NCBI RefSeq assembly: GCF_009914755.1
Contig: NC_060948.1
Strand: one strand, 5' to 3'
DNA: 64,000 nucleotides
Source of the DNA: the human T2T-CHM13v2.0 reference genome, Homo sapiens
The translations under genes and the position numbers were made by a program. Under the pieces are notes generated by a model. That model was not told the DNA's origin. It saw nothing but the letters and a program-made list of their open reading frames with translations, and did no database searches. Shown in pieces: positions 14,042 to 28,241 of the stretch; within the stretch, counting starts at the first letter, position 1, and every line of letters begins with the position of its first letter.

Positions 14042-17000
14042 GGCCTGGAATAAAGTGGAATGCTACGGTCTCGAATGGAATAAAAATGTATGGAATGGAA
14101 TGCAATGAAACGGAATCGAATGTCATAGAATGTAATGGAATGCAAAATAATGGAATCCAAAATCATTGACTGGAAAGGCTGGGTGTCGAAAGGAATTGAC
14201 TCCAATGGAATGGAATCGAATGGAATGGAAGTGAATAGAATCGAACTAAATCGAATGGAATGGAATTGATAGGAACGGAATGGAAAGGAATGCAATGATT
14301 TGGCACGGAATGGAATCGAATGGCATCGAACGGAATGGAATGGAATGCAATTGAATGGAACGTATTAGAATGTAATGAACTTTAATGGAATGTACTCGAA
14401 TGGATTCGACTGGAATGGAATGTTGTGGAAGTGAATGGACTCCAATGGAATGGATTCAAAAGGAATGGAATCGTACGGAATGGAATCTAATGGAATGGAA
14501 TTAAATGGAAATGAATCAAATTGAATAGCATGGAATTGAATTGAATGGAATCGAATGCAATGGAATCTAATGAAACGGAAAGGAAAGGAATGGAATGGAA
14601 TGGAATGGGCTGGAATGGAAAGGAATCGAAACGAATGGAATGGAATCGAACTGACGAGACTGGAATGGAATGCACTGGAATGGAAGGGAGTGTAATGGAA
14701 GGTTCTCGAAAAAAATGGAATCGAATGGAATGGAATTGAATGGAACGGAATAGAGTCGAATGGAATTGAATGGAATGGAATGGACTAGAGTGAAATGGAA
14801 TCGAACCACAAGGAATGGAGAGGAATAGAATGGTCTCGAATTGAATGGAATCGTATGGAATGGCATCAAACGGAATGGAATGGACAGCCACGGAATGGAA
14901 TGCACTCGAATGCAATGGAGTCGAAACTAATGGAATGGAATAGAATGGATTCGACTGGTACGGACTCCAATGGAATGGAATCGAATGGAAGGGAATCGAA
15001 CGGAATGGACTCGAAGGGAAAAGACTGCAATGGAAAGGTCTCGAATGGAATGGAAATTAATGGAATGGAATGGAATCGAATGAAATGGAGTCAAAAGGAA
15101 TGGAATCGAATGGCAAGAAATCGAATGTAATGGAATCGCAAGGAATTGATGTGAACGGAACGGAATGGAATGGAATCCAAAGGAATGGAATAGAATGGAA
15201 TGGAATCGAATGGAAAGGACTCGAATGGAAATCACTCGAATAGAATGCAATTTAATAAAATAGGATCAAATGTAATGGAATGGAATGGAAAGGAATCGAA
15301 ACGAAAGGAATGGAGACAGATGGAATGGAATGGAACAGAGAGCAATGGTATAGAATGGAATGGAATCATCTGGAATGGAATTGAATGGAATGGAATAATA
15401 TGAAATGGAATGGAATGGAATGGAATGGAATGCCCTTGAATTAAATGGACGGGAATGGAATGGACTCGAACAGAGTGGAATGGAAAGTGTTGAGATAGAA
15501 TGGAATGGACTCGTTTGGAATGGTCTAGTATGCAATGCAATCGACTGGCAGGGAATCAAAAGGAATGTAATGGAATGGATTGGACTGTAATGCAATGGAC
15601 TCGAATAGATTGGAAACGGAATGCAAAGGAATGGAATGGAATAGTATGGAATGGAATGGAAAGGAATGGAGTGGAATAGACTAGAGTGGAATGGAATGGA
15701 CTGGAAAGCAATAGACTGGAATGGAACTTTCTTGAATGGACTGGAATCAAACGGAATGGAATGCAATGCAATCAAATGGCATGGAATAAAATAGAATGAA
15801 AGAGAATCAAATGGAATTGAATCGAATGGAATCGAATGGATTGGAAAGGAATAGAATGGAATGGAATGGAATTGACTCAAATGGAATGGACTAGAATGGA
15901 ATGGATTCGAATGGAAGGCAAAGGAATGGAATCTATTGGAATGGACTGTAATGGAATGGAATGGAAGGGATTGGAATGGACTCGAATGGAATGGACTGCA
16001 ATAGAAAGGATTCGAATGGAATGAAAAAGAATTGAATGGAATAGAACAGAATGGAATCAAATCGAATGAAATGGAATGGAATAGAAAGGAATGGAATGAA
16101 ATGGAATGGATAGGATTCGAATGGAATGCAATCGAATGGAATGGAATTGAACGGAATGGAATAAAATGGAAGAAAACTGGCAAGAAATGGAATCGAAATG
16201 AATGGAGTGTTATGGAACGGACTCAAAAGGAATTGAATGTAATAGAATGGAGTGGAGTGGACTCGAATATAATGGACTGGAATGGAATGAAATCACATGG
16301 AATGGGAACGAATGGAATGGAATGGAAAGGAATGGAATCGAATGGAAAGGAATCGAATGGAAGGGAATGAAATTGAATCAACAGGAATGGAAGGGAATAG
16401 AATAGACGGTAATGGAATGGACTCGAATTGAATGGACACGAATGCTCAAATTGAATGGACTCGAATGGAATGGAAACGAAAGGAATGTCATCGAATGGAA
16501 TTGAATCGATTGGAATGAAATCGCATAGAATGGAGTGGAATCAAATGGAATTGAATCGAAAGGAAAGGAAGCGAATGGACTGAAATGAAATGGAATGGAA
16601 TTGAATGGAAAGTAATGCAATGGAATAGAATGGAACGAAATTTCACGGAATGGAATCAAACTGAATGGAATCAAATCAATGGAATCTAATCAAATGGAAT
16701 GGAAAGGAATTGAATGGAGTAGATTGGATTGGATGGGATTGGAATGAAATGTACTGGAAAGGACTCGAATTTCATGAAACGGAATGGAATGAATTGGAAC
16801 GGAATGGACTCGAATGGAATGGAATGTCATGGAATGGCATCAAATGGAATGGCATCAAATGGAATGGAATCGAATGCAATGGAATGCTATGGAATGGAAT
16901 GGAATGCATTGGAATGGAATGTCCTCTAATGGAATGGATTCGAGTGGAATGGAATCGAATATAATGGAGTCGAATGAAATGGAATTGAAAAGAATGGGAT

Positions 17001-17590
17001 CGAATACAATGGAATATACTGGAATGTAATGTAATGAACTCGAATGTAATTGACTGGAATGGAATGTACATGAATGGAATGTAATCGAATGGAAAGTAAT
17101 CCAATGGAATAGAAACTAATGCAATAAAATCGACTCAAATAGAGTAGAATGTAATGGAATGGAGTGCAGTGCAATGGAATGGAATGGAATGGAATGCAAT
17201 GGAATGGAATGGATTGGAATGGAATGGGATGGAATGGTGTGGAATGGATAGTAATGGACTGGTGTGAAATGGACTGGAAAGGAATGGACTCAAATTGAAA
17301 GGGCTCGAAAGGAATGGAGTCAAATGGAATGGTCTGGAATGGAATGAACACGAATGTAATGCAATCCAATAGAATGGAATCGAATGGCATGGAATATAAA
17401 GAAATGGAATCGAAGAGAATGGAAACAAATGGAATGGAATTGAATGGAATGGAATTGAATGGAATGGGAACGAATGGAGTGAAATTGTATGCAGTAGAAG
17501 AGAATAGAATGGAATGCAAGTGAAAGGAAAGGAATGGATTGGAATGGAATGGAATTCATTGGAATGGAAGGGAATGTAGTGTAATGGACA
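14042..17590 (+). repeat. DYZ1 unit, 3549 bp
   Basis: GGCC at 14042 and 17591. Confidence 0.94.
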
Positions 17591-20500
17591 GGCCTGGAAT
17601 AAAGTGGAATGCTACGGTCTCGAATGGAATAAAAATGTATGGAATGGAATGCAATGAAACGGAATCGAATGTCATAGAATGTAATGGAATGCAAAAAAAT
17701 GGAATCCAAAATCATTGACTGGAAAGGCTGGGTGTCGAAAGGAATTGACTCCAATGGAATGGAATCGAATGGAATGGAAGTGAATAGAATCGAACTAAAT
17801 CGAATGGAATGGAATTGATAGGAACGGAATGGAAAGGAATGCAATGATTTGGCATGGAATGGAATCGAATGGCATCGAATGGAATGGAATGGAATGCAAT
17901 GGAATGGAATGTATTAGAATGTAATGAACTTTAATGGAATGTACTCGAATGGATTCGACTGGAATGGAATGTTCTGGAAGTGAATGGACTCCAATGGAAT
18001 GGATTCAAAAGGAATGGAATCGTACGGAATGGAATCTAATGGAATGGAATTAAATGGAAATGAATCAAATTGAATAGCACGGAATTGAATTGAATGGAAT
18101 CGAATGCAATGGAATCTAATGAAACGGAAAGGAAAGGAATGGAATGGAATGGAATGGGCTGGAATGGAAAGGAATCGAAACGAATGGAATGGAATCGAAC
18201 TGAAGAGACTGGAATGGAATGCACTGGAATGGAAGGGAGTGTAATGGAAGGTTCTCGAAAAAAATGGAATCGAATGGAATGGAATTGAATGGAACGGAAT
18301 AGAGTCGAATGGAATTGAATGGAATGGAATGGACTAGAGTGAAATGGAATCGAACCACAAGGAATGGACAGGAATAGAATGGTCTCGAATTGAATGGAAT
18401 CGTATGGAATGGCATCAAACGGAATGGAATGGACAGCCACGGAATGGAATGCACTCGAATGCAATGGAGTCGAAACTAATGGACTGGAATAGAATGGACT
18501 CGACTGGTACGGACTCCAATGGAATGGAATCGAATGGAAGGGAATCGAACGGAATGGACTCGAAGGGAAAAGACTGCAATGGAAAGGTCTCGAATGGAAT
18601 GGAAATTAATGGAATGGAATGGAATCGAATGAAATGGAGTCAAAAGGAATGGAATCGAATGGCAAGAAATCGAATGTAATGGAATCGCAAGGAATTGATG
18701 TGAACGGAACGGAATGGAATGGAATCCAAAGGAATGGAATAGAATGGAATGGAATCGAATGGAAAGGACTCGAATGGAAATCACTCGAATAGAATGCAAT
18801 TTAATAAAATAGGATCAAATGTAATGGAATGGAATGGAAAGGAATCGAAACGAAAGGAATGGAGACAGATGGAATGGAATAGAACAGAGAGCAATGGTAT
18901 AGAATGGAATGGAATCATCTGGAATGGAATTGAATGGAATGGAATAATATGAAATGGAATGGAATGGAATGGAATGGAATGCCCTTGAATTAAATGGACT
19001 GGAATGGAATGGACTCGAACAGAGTGGAATGGAAAGTGTTGAGATAGAATGGAATGGACTCCTTTGGAATGGTGTAGTATGCAATGCAATCGACTGGCAG
19101 GGAATCAAAAGGAATGTAATCGAATGGATTGGACTGGAATGCAATGGACTCGAATAGATTGCAAACGGAATGCAAAGGAATGGAATGGAATAGTATGGAA
19201 TGGAATGGAAAGGAATGGAGTGGAATAGACTAGAGTGGAATGGAATGGACTGGAAAGCAATGGACTGGAATGGAACTTTCTTGAATGGACTGGAATCAAA
19301 TGGAATGGAATGCAATGCAATCAAATGGCATGGAATAAAATAGAATGAAAGAGAATCAAATGGAATTGAATCGAATGGAATCGAATGGATTGGAAAGGAA
19401 TAGAATGGAATGGAATGGAATTGACTCAAATGGAATGGACTAGAATGGAATGGATTCGAATGGAAGGCAAAGGAATGGAATCTATTGGAATGGACTGTAA
19501 TGGAATGGAATGGAAGGGATTGGAATGGACTCAAATGGAATGGACTGCAATAGAAAGGATTCGAATGGAATGAAAAAGAATTGAATGGTATAGAACAGAA
19601 TGGAATCAAATCGAATGAAATGGAATGGAATATAAAGGAATGGAATGAAATGGAATGGAAAGGATTCGAATGGAATGCAATCGAATGGAATGGAATCGAA
19701 CGGAATGGAATAAAATAGAAGAAAACTGGCAAGAAATGGAATCGAAATGAATGGAGTGTTATGGAACGGACTCAAAAGGAATTGAATGTAATAGAATGGA
19801 GTGGAGTGGACTCGAATATAATGGACTGGAATGGAATGAAATCACATGGAATGGGAACGAATGGAATGGAATGGAAAGGAATGGAATCGAATGGAATCGA
19901 ATTGAAAGGAATCGAATGGAAGGGAATGAAATTGAATCAACAGGAATGGAAGGGAATAGAATAGACGGTAATGGAATGGACTCGAATAGAATGGACACGA
20001 ATGCTCAAATTGAATGGACTTGAATGGAATGGAAACGAAAGGAATGTCATCGAATGGAATTGAATCGATTGGAATGAAATCGCATAGAATGGAGTGGAAT
20101 CAAATGGAATTGAATCGAAAGGAAAGGAAGCGAATGGACTGAAATGAAATGGAATGGAATTGAATGGAAAGTTATGTAATAGAATAGAATGGAACGAAAT
20201 TTCACTGAATGGAATCAAACTGAATGGAATCAAATCAATGGAATCAAATCAAATGGAATGGAAAGGAATTGAATGGAGTAGATTGGATTGGATGGGATTG
20301 GAATGAAATGTACTGGAAAGGACTCGAATTTCATGAAACGGAATGCAATGAATTGGAACGGAACGGACTCGAATGGAATGGAATGTCATGGAATGGCATC
20401 AAATGGAATGGCATCAAATGGAATGGAATCGAATGCAATGGAATGCTATGGAATGGAATGGAATGCATTGGAATGGAATGTCCTCTAATGGAATGGATTC

Positions 20501-21164
20501 GAGTGGAATGGAATCGAATATAATGGAGTCGAATGAAATGGAATTGAAAGGAATGGGATCGAATACAATGCAATATACTGGAATGTAATGTAATGAACTC
20601 GAATGTAATTGACTGGAATGGAATGTACATGAATGGAATGTAATCGAATGGAAAGTAATCCAATGGAATAGAATCTAATGCAATAAAATCGACTCAGATA
20701 GAGTAGAATGTAATGGAATGGAGTGCAGGGCCATGGAATGGAATGGAATGGAATGGAATGGAATGGAATGCAATGGAATGGAATGGAATGGAATGGAATG
20801 GGATGGAATGGTGTGGAATGGATAGTAATGGACTGGAGTGAAATGGACTGGAAAGGAATGGACTCAAATTGAAAGGGCTCGAAAGGAATGGAGTCAAATG
20901 GAATGGTCTGGAATGGAATGAACACGAATGTAATGCAATCGAATAGAATGGAATCGAATGGCATGGAATATAAAGAAATGGAATCGAAGAGAATGGAAAC
21001 AAATGGAATGGAATTGAATGGAATGGAATTGAATGGAATGGGAACGAATGGAGTGAAATTGTATGCAGTAGAAGAGAATAGAATGGAATGCAAGCGAAAG
21101 GAAAGGAATGGATTGGAATGGAATGGAATTCATTGGAATGGAAGGGAATGTAGTGTAATGGACA
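17591..21164 (+). repeat. DYZ1 unit, 3574 bp (+10, +15), with an extra HaeIII site
   Basis: GGCC at 17591 and 21165; insertions near 19890 and 20740-20770; additional GGCC at 20729-20732. Confidence 0.93.
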
Positions 21165-24100
21165 GGCCTGGAATAAAGTGGAATGCTACGGTCTCGAATG
21201 GAATAAAAATGTATGGAATGGAATGCAATGAAACGGAATCGAATGTCATAGAATGTAATGGAATGCAACAAAATGGAATCCAAAATCATTGACTGGAAAG
21301 GCTGGGTGACGAAAGGAATTGACTCCAATGGAATGGAATCGAATGGAATGGAAGAGAATAGAATCGAACTAAATCGAATGGAATGGAATTGATAGGAACG
21401 GAATGGAAAGGAATGCAATCATTTGGCATGGAATGGAATCGAATGGCATCGAATGGAATGGAATGGAATGCAATGGAATGGAATGTATTAGAATGTAATG
21501 AACTTTAATGGAATGTACCCGAATGGAATCGACTGGAATGGAATGTTCTGGAAGTGAATGGACTCCAATGGAATGGATTCAAAAGGAATGGAATCGTACG
21601 GAATGGAATCTAATGGAATGGAATTAAATGGAAATGAATCAAACTGAATAGAACGGAATTGAATTGAATGGAATCGAATGCAATGGAATCTAATGAAACG
21701 GAAAGGAAAGGAATGGAATGGAATGGAATGGGCTGGAATGGAAAGGAATCGAAACGAATGGAATGGAATCGAACTGAAGAGACTGGAATGGAATGCACTG
21801 GATGGAAGGGAGTGTAATGGAAGGTTCTCGAAAAAAATGGAATCGAATGGAATGGAATTGAATGGAACGGAATAGAGTCGAATGGAATTGAATGGAATGG
21901 AATGGACTAGAGTGAAATGGAATCGAACCACAAGGAATGGACAGGAATAGAATGGTCTCGAATTGAATGGAATCGTATGGAATGGCATCAAACGGAATGG
22001 AATGGACAGCCACGGAATGGAATGCACTCGAATGCAATGGAGTCGAAACTAATGGACTGGAATAGAATGGACTCGACTGGTACGGACTCCAATGGAATGG
22101 AATCGAATGGAAAGGAATCGAACGGAATGGACTCGAAGGGAAAAGACTGCAATGGAAAGGTCTCGAATGGAATGGAAATTAATGGAATGGAATGGAATCG
22201 AATGAAATGGAGTCAAAAGGAATGGAATCGAATGGCAAGAAATCGAATGTAATGGAATCGCAAGGAATTGATGTGAACGGAACGGAATGGAATGGAATCC
22301 AAAGGAATGGAATAGAATGGAATGGAATCGAATGGAAAGGACTCGAATGGAAATCACTCGAATAGAATGCAATTTAATAAAATAGGATCAAATGTAATGG
22401 AATGGAATGGAAAGGAATCGAAACGAAAGGAATGGAGACAGATGGAATGGAATGGAACAGAGAGCAATGGTATAGAATGGAATGGAATCATCTGGAATGG
22501 AATTGAATGGAATGGAATAATATGAAATGGAATGGAATGGAATGGAATGGAATGCCCTTGAATTAAATGGACTGGAATGGAATGGACTCGAACAGAGTGG
22601 AATGGAAAGTGTTGAGATAGAATGGAATGGACTCCTTTGGAATGCTGTAGTATGCAATGCAATCGACTGGCAGGGAATCAAAAGGAATGTAATCGAATGG
22701 ATTGGACTGGAATGCAATGGACTCGAATAGATTGGAAACGGAATGCAAAGGAATGGAATGGAATAGTATGGAATGGAATGGAAAGGAATGGAGTGGAATA
22801 GACTAGAGTGGAATGGAATGGACTCGAAAGCAATGGACTGGAATGGAACTTTCTTGAATGGACTGGAATCAAACGGAATGGAATGCAATGCAATCAAATG
22901 GCATGGAATAAAATAGAATGAAAGAGAATCAAATGGAATTGAATCGAATGGAATCGAATGGATTGGAAAGGAATAGAATGGAATGGAATGGAATTGACTC
23001 AAATGGAATGGACTAGAATGGAATGGATTCGAATGGAAGGCAAAGGAATGGAATCTATTGGAATGGACTGTAATGGAATGGAATGGAAGGGATTGGAATG
23101 GACTCGAATGGAATGGACTGCAATAGAAAGGATTCGAATGGAATGAAAAAGAATTGAATGGAATAGAACAGAATGGAATCAAATCGAATGAAATGGAATG
23201 GAATAGAAAGGAATGGAATGAAATGGAATGGAAAGGATTCGAATGGAATGCAATCGAATGGAATGGAATCGAACGGAATGGAATAAAATGGAAGAAAACT
23301 GGCAAGAAATGGAATCGAAATGAATGGAGTGTTATGGAACGGACTCAAAAGGAATTGAATGTAATAGAATGGAGTGGAGTTGACTCGAATATAATGGACT
23401 GGAATGGAATGAAATCACATGGAATGGGAACGAATGGAATGGAATGGAAAGGAATGGAATCGAATGGAAAGGAATCGAATGGAAGGGAATGAAATTGAAT
23501 CAACAGGAATGGAAGGGAATAGAATAGACGGTAATGGAATGGACTCGAATAGAATGGACACGAATGCTCAAATTGAATGGACTCGAATGGAATGGAAACG
23601 AAAGGAATGTCATCGAATGGAATTGAATCGATTGGAATGAAATCGCATAGAATGGAGTGGAATCAAATGGAATTGAATCGAAAGGAAAGGAAGCGAATGG
23701 ACTGAAATGAAATGGAATGGAATTGAATGGAAAGTTATGTAATGGAATAGAATGGAACGAAATTTCACGGAATGCAATCAAACTGAATGGAATCAAATCA
23801 ATGGAATCAAATCAAATGGAATGGAAAGGAATTGAATGCAGTAGATTGGATTGGATGGGATTGGAATGAAATGTACTGGAAAGGACTCGAATTTCATGAA
23901 ACGGAATGGAATGAATTGGAACGGAACCGACTCGAATGGAATGGAATGTCATGGAATGGCATCAAATGGAATGGCATCAAATGGAATGGAATCGAATGCA
24001 ATGGAGTGCTATGGAATGGAATGGAATGCATTGGAATGGAATGTCCTCTAATGGAATGGATTCGAGTGGAATGGAATCGAATATAATGGAGTCGAATGAA

Positions 24101-24697
24101 ATGGAATTGAAAGGAATGGGATCGAATATAATGGAATATACTGGAATGTAATGTAATGAACTCGAATGTAATTGACTGGAATGGAATGTACATGAATGGA
24201 ATGTAATCGAATGGAAAGTAATCCAATGGAATAGAATCTAATGCAATAAAATCGACTCAGATAGAGTAGAATGTAATGGAATGGAGTGCAGTGCAATGGA
24301 ATGGAATGGAATGGAATGCAATGGAATGGAATGGAATGGAATGGAATGCAATGGGATGGTGTGGAATGGATAGTAATGGACTGGAGTGAAATGGACTGGA
24401 AAGGAATGGACTCAAATTGAAAGGGCTCGAAAGGAATGGAGTCAAATGGAATGGTCTGGAATGGAATGAACACGAATGTAATGCAATCCAATAGAATGGA
24501 ATCGAATGGCATGGAATATAAAGAAATGGAATCGAAGAGAATGGAAACAAATGGAATGGAATTGAATGGAATGGGAACGAATGGAGTGAAATTGTATGCA
24601 GTAGAAGAGAATAGAATGGAATGCAAGCGAAAGGAAAGGAATGGATTGGAATGGAATGGAATTCATTGGAATGGAAGGGAATGCAGTGTAATGGACA
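21165..24697 (+). repeat. DYZ1 unit, 3533 bp (-1, -15)
   Basis: GGCC at 21165 and 24698; 1-bp deletion near 21802 (gcactggatgg) and a 15-bp loss near 24560. Confidence 0.93.
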
Positions 24698-27600
24698 GGC
24701 CTGGAATAAAGTGGAATGCTACGGTCTCGAATGGAATAAAAATGTATGGAATGGAATGCAATGAAACGGAATCGAATGTCATAGAATGTAATGGAATGCA
24801 AAAAAATGGAATCCAAAATCATTGACTGGAAAGGCTGGGTGTCGAAAGGAATTGACTCCAATGGAATGGAATCGAATGGAATGGAAGTGAATAGAATCGA
24901 ACTAAATCGAATGGAATGGAATTGATAGGAACGGAATGGAAAGGAATGCAATGATTTGGCATGGAATGCAATCGAATGGCATCGAATGGAATGGAATGGA
25001 ATGCAATGGAATGGAATGTATTAGAATGTAATGAACTTTAATGGTATGTACTCGAATGGATTCGACTGGAATGGAATGTTCTGGAAGTGAATGGACTCCA
25101 ATGGAATGGATTCAAAAGGAATGGAATCGTACGGAATGGAATCTAATGGAATGGAATTAAATGGAAATGAATCAAATTGAATAGCACGGAATTGAATTGA
25201 ATGGAATCGAATGCAATGGAATCTAATGAAACGGAAAGGAAAGGAATGGAATGGAATGGAATGGGCTGGAATGGAAAGGAATCGAAACGAATGGAATGGA
25301 ATCGAACTGAAGAGACTGGAATGGAATGCACTGGAATGGAAGGGAGTGTAATGGAAGGTTCTCGAAAAAAATGGAATCGAATGGAATGGAATTGAATGGA
25401 ACGGAATAGAGTCGAATGGAATTGAATGGAATGGAATGGACTAGAGTGAAATGGAATCGAACCACAAGGAATGGACAGGAATAGAATGGTCTCGAATTGA
25501 ATGGAATCGTATGGAATGGCATCAAACGGAATGGAATGGACAGCCACGGAATGGAATGCACTCGAATGCAATGGAGTCGAAACTAATGGACTGGAATAGA
25601 ATGGACTCGACTGGTACGGACTCCAATGGAATGGAATCGAATGGAAGGGAATCGAACGGAATGGACTCGAAGGGAAAAGACTGCAATGGAGAGGTCTCGA
25701 ATGGAATGGAAATTAATGGAATGGAATGGAATCGAATGAAATGGAGTCAAAAGGAATGGAATCGAATGGCAAGAAATCGAATGTAATGGAATCGCAAGGA
25801 ATTGATGTGAACGGAACGGAATGGAATGGAATCCAAAGGAATGGAATAGAATGGAATGGAATCGAATGGAAAGGACTCGAATGGAAATCACTCGAATAGA
25901 ATGCAATTTAATAAAATAGGATCAAATGTAATGGAATGGAATGGAAAGGAATCGAAACGAAAGGAATGGAGACAGATGGAATGGAATGGAACAGAGAGCA
26001 ATGGTATAGAATGGAATGGAATCATCTGGAATGGAATTGAATGGAATGGAATAACATGAAATGGACTGGAATGGAATGGAATGCCCTTGAATTAAATGGA
26101 CTGGAATGGAATGGACTCGAACAGAGTGGAATGGAAAGTGTTGAAATAGAATGGAATGGACTGGTTTGGAAGGGTCTAGTATGCAATGCAATCGACTGGC
26201 AGGGAATCAAAAGGAATGTAATCGAATGGATTGGACTGGAATGCAATGGACTCGAATAGATTGGAAACGGAATGCAAAGGAATGGAATGGAATAGTATGG
26301 AATGGAATGGAAAGGAATGGAGTGGAATAGACTAGAGTGGAATGGAATGGACTCGAAAGCAATGGACTGGAATGGAACTTTCTTGAATGGACTGGAATCA
26401 AACGGAATGGAATGCAATGCAATCAAATGGCATGGAATAAAATAGAATGAAAGAGAATCAAATGGAATTGAATCGAATGGAATCGAATGGATTGGAAAGG
26501 AATAGAATGGAATGGAATGGAATTGACTCAAATGGAATGGACTAGAATGGAATGGATTCGAATGGAAGGCAAAGGAATGGAATCTATTGGAATGGACTGT
26601 AATGGAATGGAATGGAAGGGATTGGAATGGACTCGAATGGAATGGACTGCAATAGAAAGGATTCGAATGGAATGAAAAAGAATTGAATGGAATAGAACAG
26701 AATGGAATCAAATCGAATGAAATGGAATGGAATAGAAAGGAATGGAATGAAATGGAATGGAAAGGATTCGAATGGAATGCAATCGAATGGAATGGAATCG
26801 AACGGAATGGAATAAAATGGAAGAAAACTGGCAAGAAATGGAATCGAAATGAATGGAGTGTTATGGAACGGACTCAAAAGGAATTGAATGTAATAGAATG
26901 GAGTGGAGTGGACTCGAATATAATGGACTGGAATGGAATGAAATCACATGGAATGGGAACGAATGGAATGGAATGGAAAGGAATGGAATCGAATGGAAAG
27001 GAATCGAATGGAAGGGAATGAAATTGAATCAACAGGAATGGAAGGGAATAGAATAGACGGTAATGGAATGGACTCGAATAGAATGGACACAAATGCTCAA
27101 ATTGAATGGACTCGAATGGAATGGAAACGAAAGGAATGTCATCGAATGGAATTGAATCGATTGGAATGAAATAGCATAGAATGGAGTGGAATCAAATGGA
27201 ATTGAATCGAAAGGAAAGGAAGCGAATGGACTGAAATGAAATGGAATGGAATTGAATGGAAAGTTATGTAATGGAATAGAATGGAACGAAATTTCACGGA
27301 ATGCAATCAAACTGAATGGAATCAAATCAATGGAATCAAATCAAATGGAATGGAAAGGAATTGAATGGAGTAGATTGGATTGGATGGGATTGGAATGAAA
27401 TGTACTGGAAAGGACTCGAATTTCATGAAACGGAATGGAATGAATTGGAACGGAACGGACTCGAATGGAATGGAATGTCATGGAATGGCATCAAATGGAA
27501 TGGCATCAAATGGAATGGAATCGAATGCAATGGAGTGCTATGGAATGGAATGGAATGCATTGGAATGGAATGTCCTCTAATGGAATGGATTCGAGTGGAA

Positions 27601-28241
27601 TGGAATCGAATATAATGGAGTCGAATGAAATGGAATTGAAAGGAATGGGATCGAATACAATGCAATATACTGGAATGTAATGTAATGAACTCGAATGTAA
27701 TTGACTGGAATGGAATGTATATGAATGGAATGTAATTGAATGGAAAGTAATCCAATGGAATAGAATCTAATGCAATAAAATCGACTCAGATAGAGTAGAA
27801 TGTAATGGAATGGAGTGCAGTGCAATGGAATGGAATGGAATGGAATGCAATGGAATGGAATGGAATGGAATGGAATGGGATGGAATGGTGTGGAATGGAT
27901 AGTAATGGACTGGAGTGAAATGGACTGGAAAGGAATGGACTCAAATTGAAAGGGCTCGAAAGGAATGGAGTCAAATGGAATGGTCTGGAATGGAATGAAC
28001 ACGAATGTAATGCAATCCAATAGAATGGAATCGAATGGCATGGAATATAAAGAAATGGAATCGAAGAGAATGGAAACAAATGGAATGGAATTGAATGGAA
28101 TGGAATTGAATGGAATGGGAACGAATGGAGTGAAATTGTATGCAGTAGAAGAGAATAGAATGGAATGCAAGCGAAAGGAAAGGAATGGATTGGAATGGAA
28201 TGGAATTCATTGGAATGGAAGGGAATGTAGTGTAATGGACA
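24698..28241 (+). repeat. DYZ1 unit, 3544 bp (-5)
   Basis: GGCC at 24698 and 28242; one pentamer missing near 26060. Confidence 0.93.
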
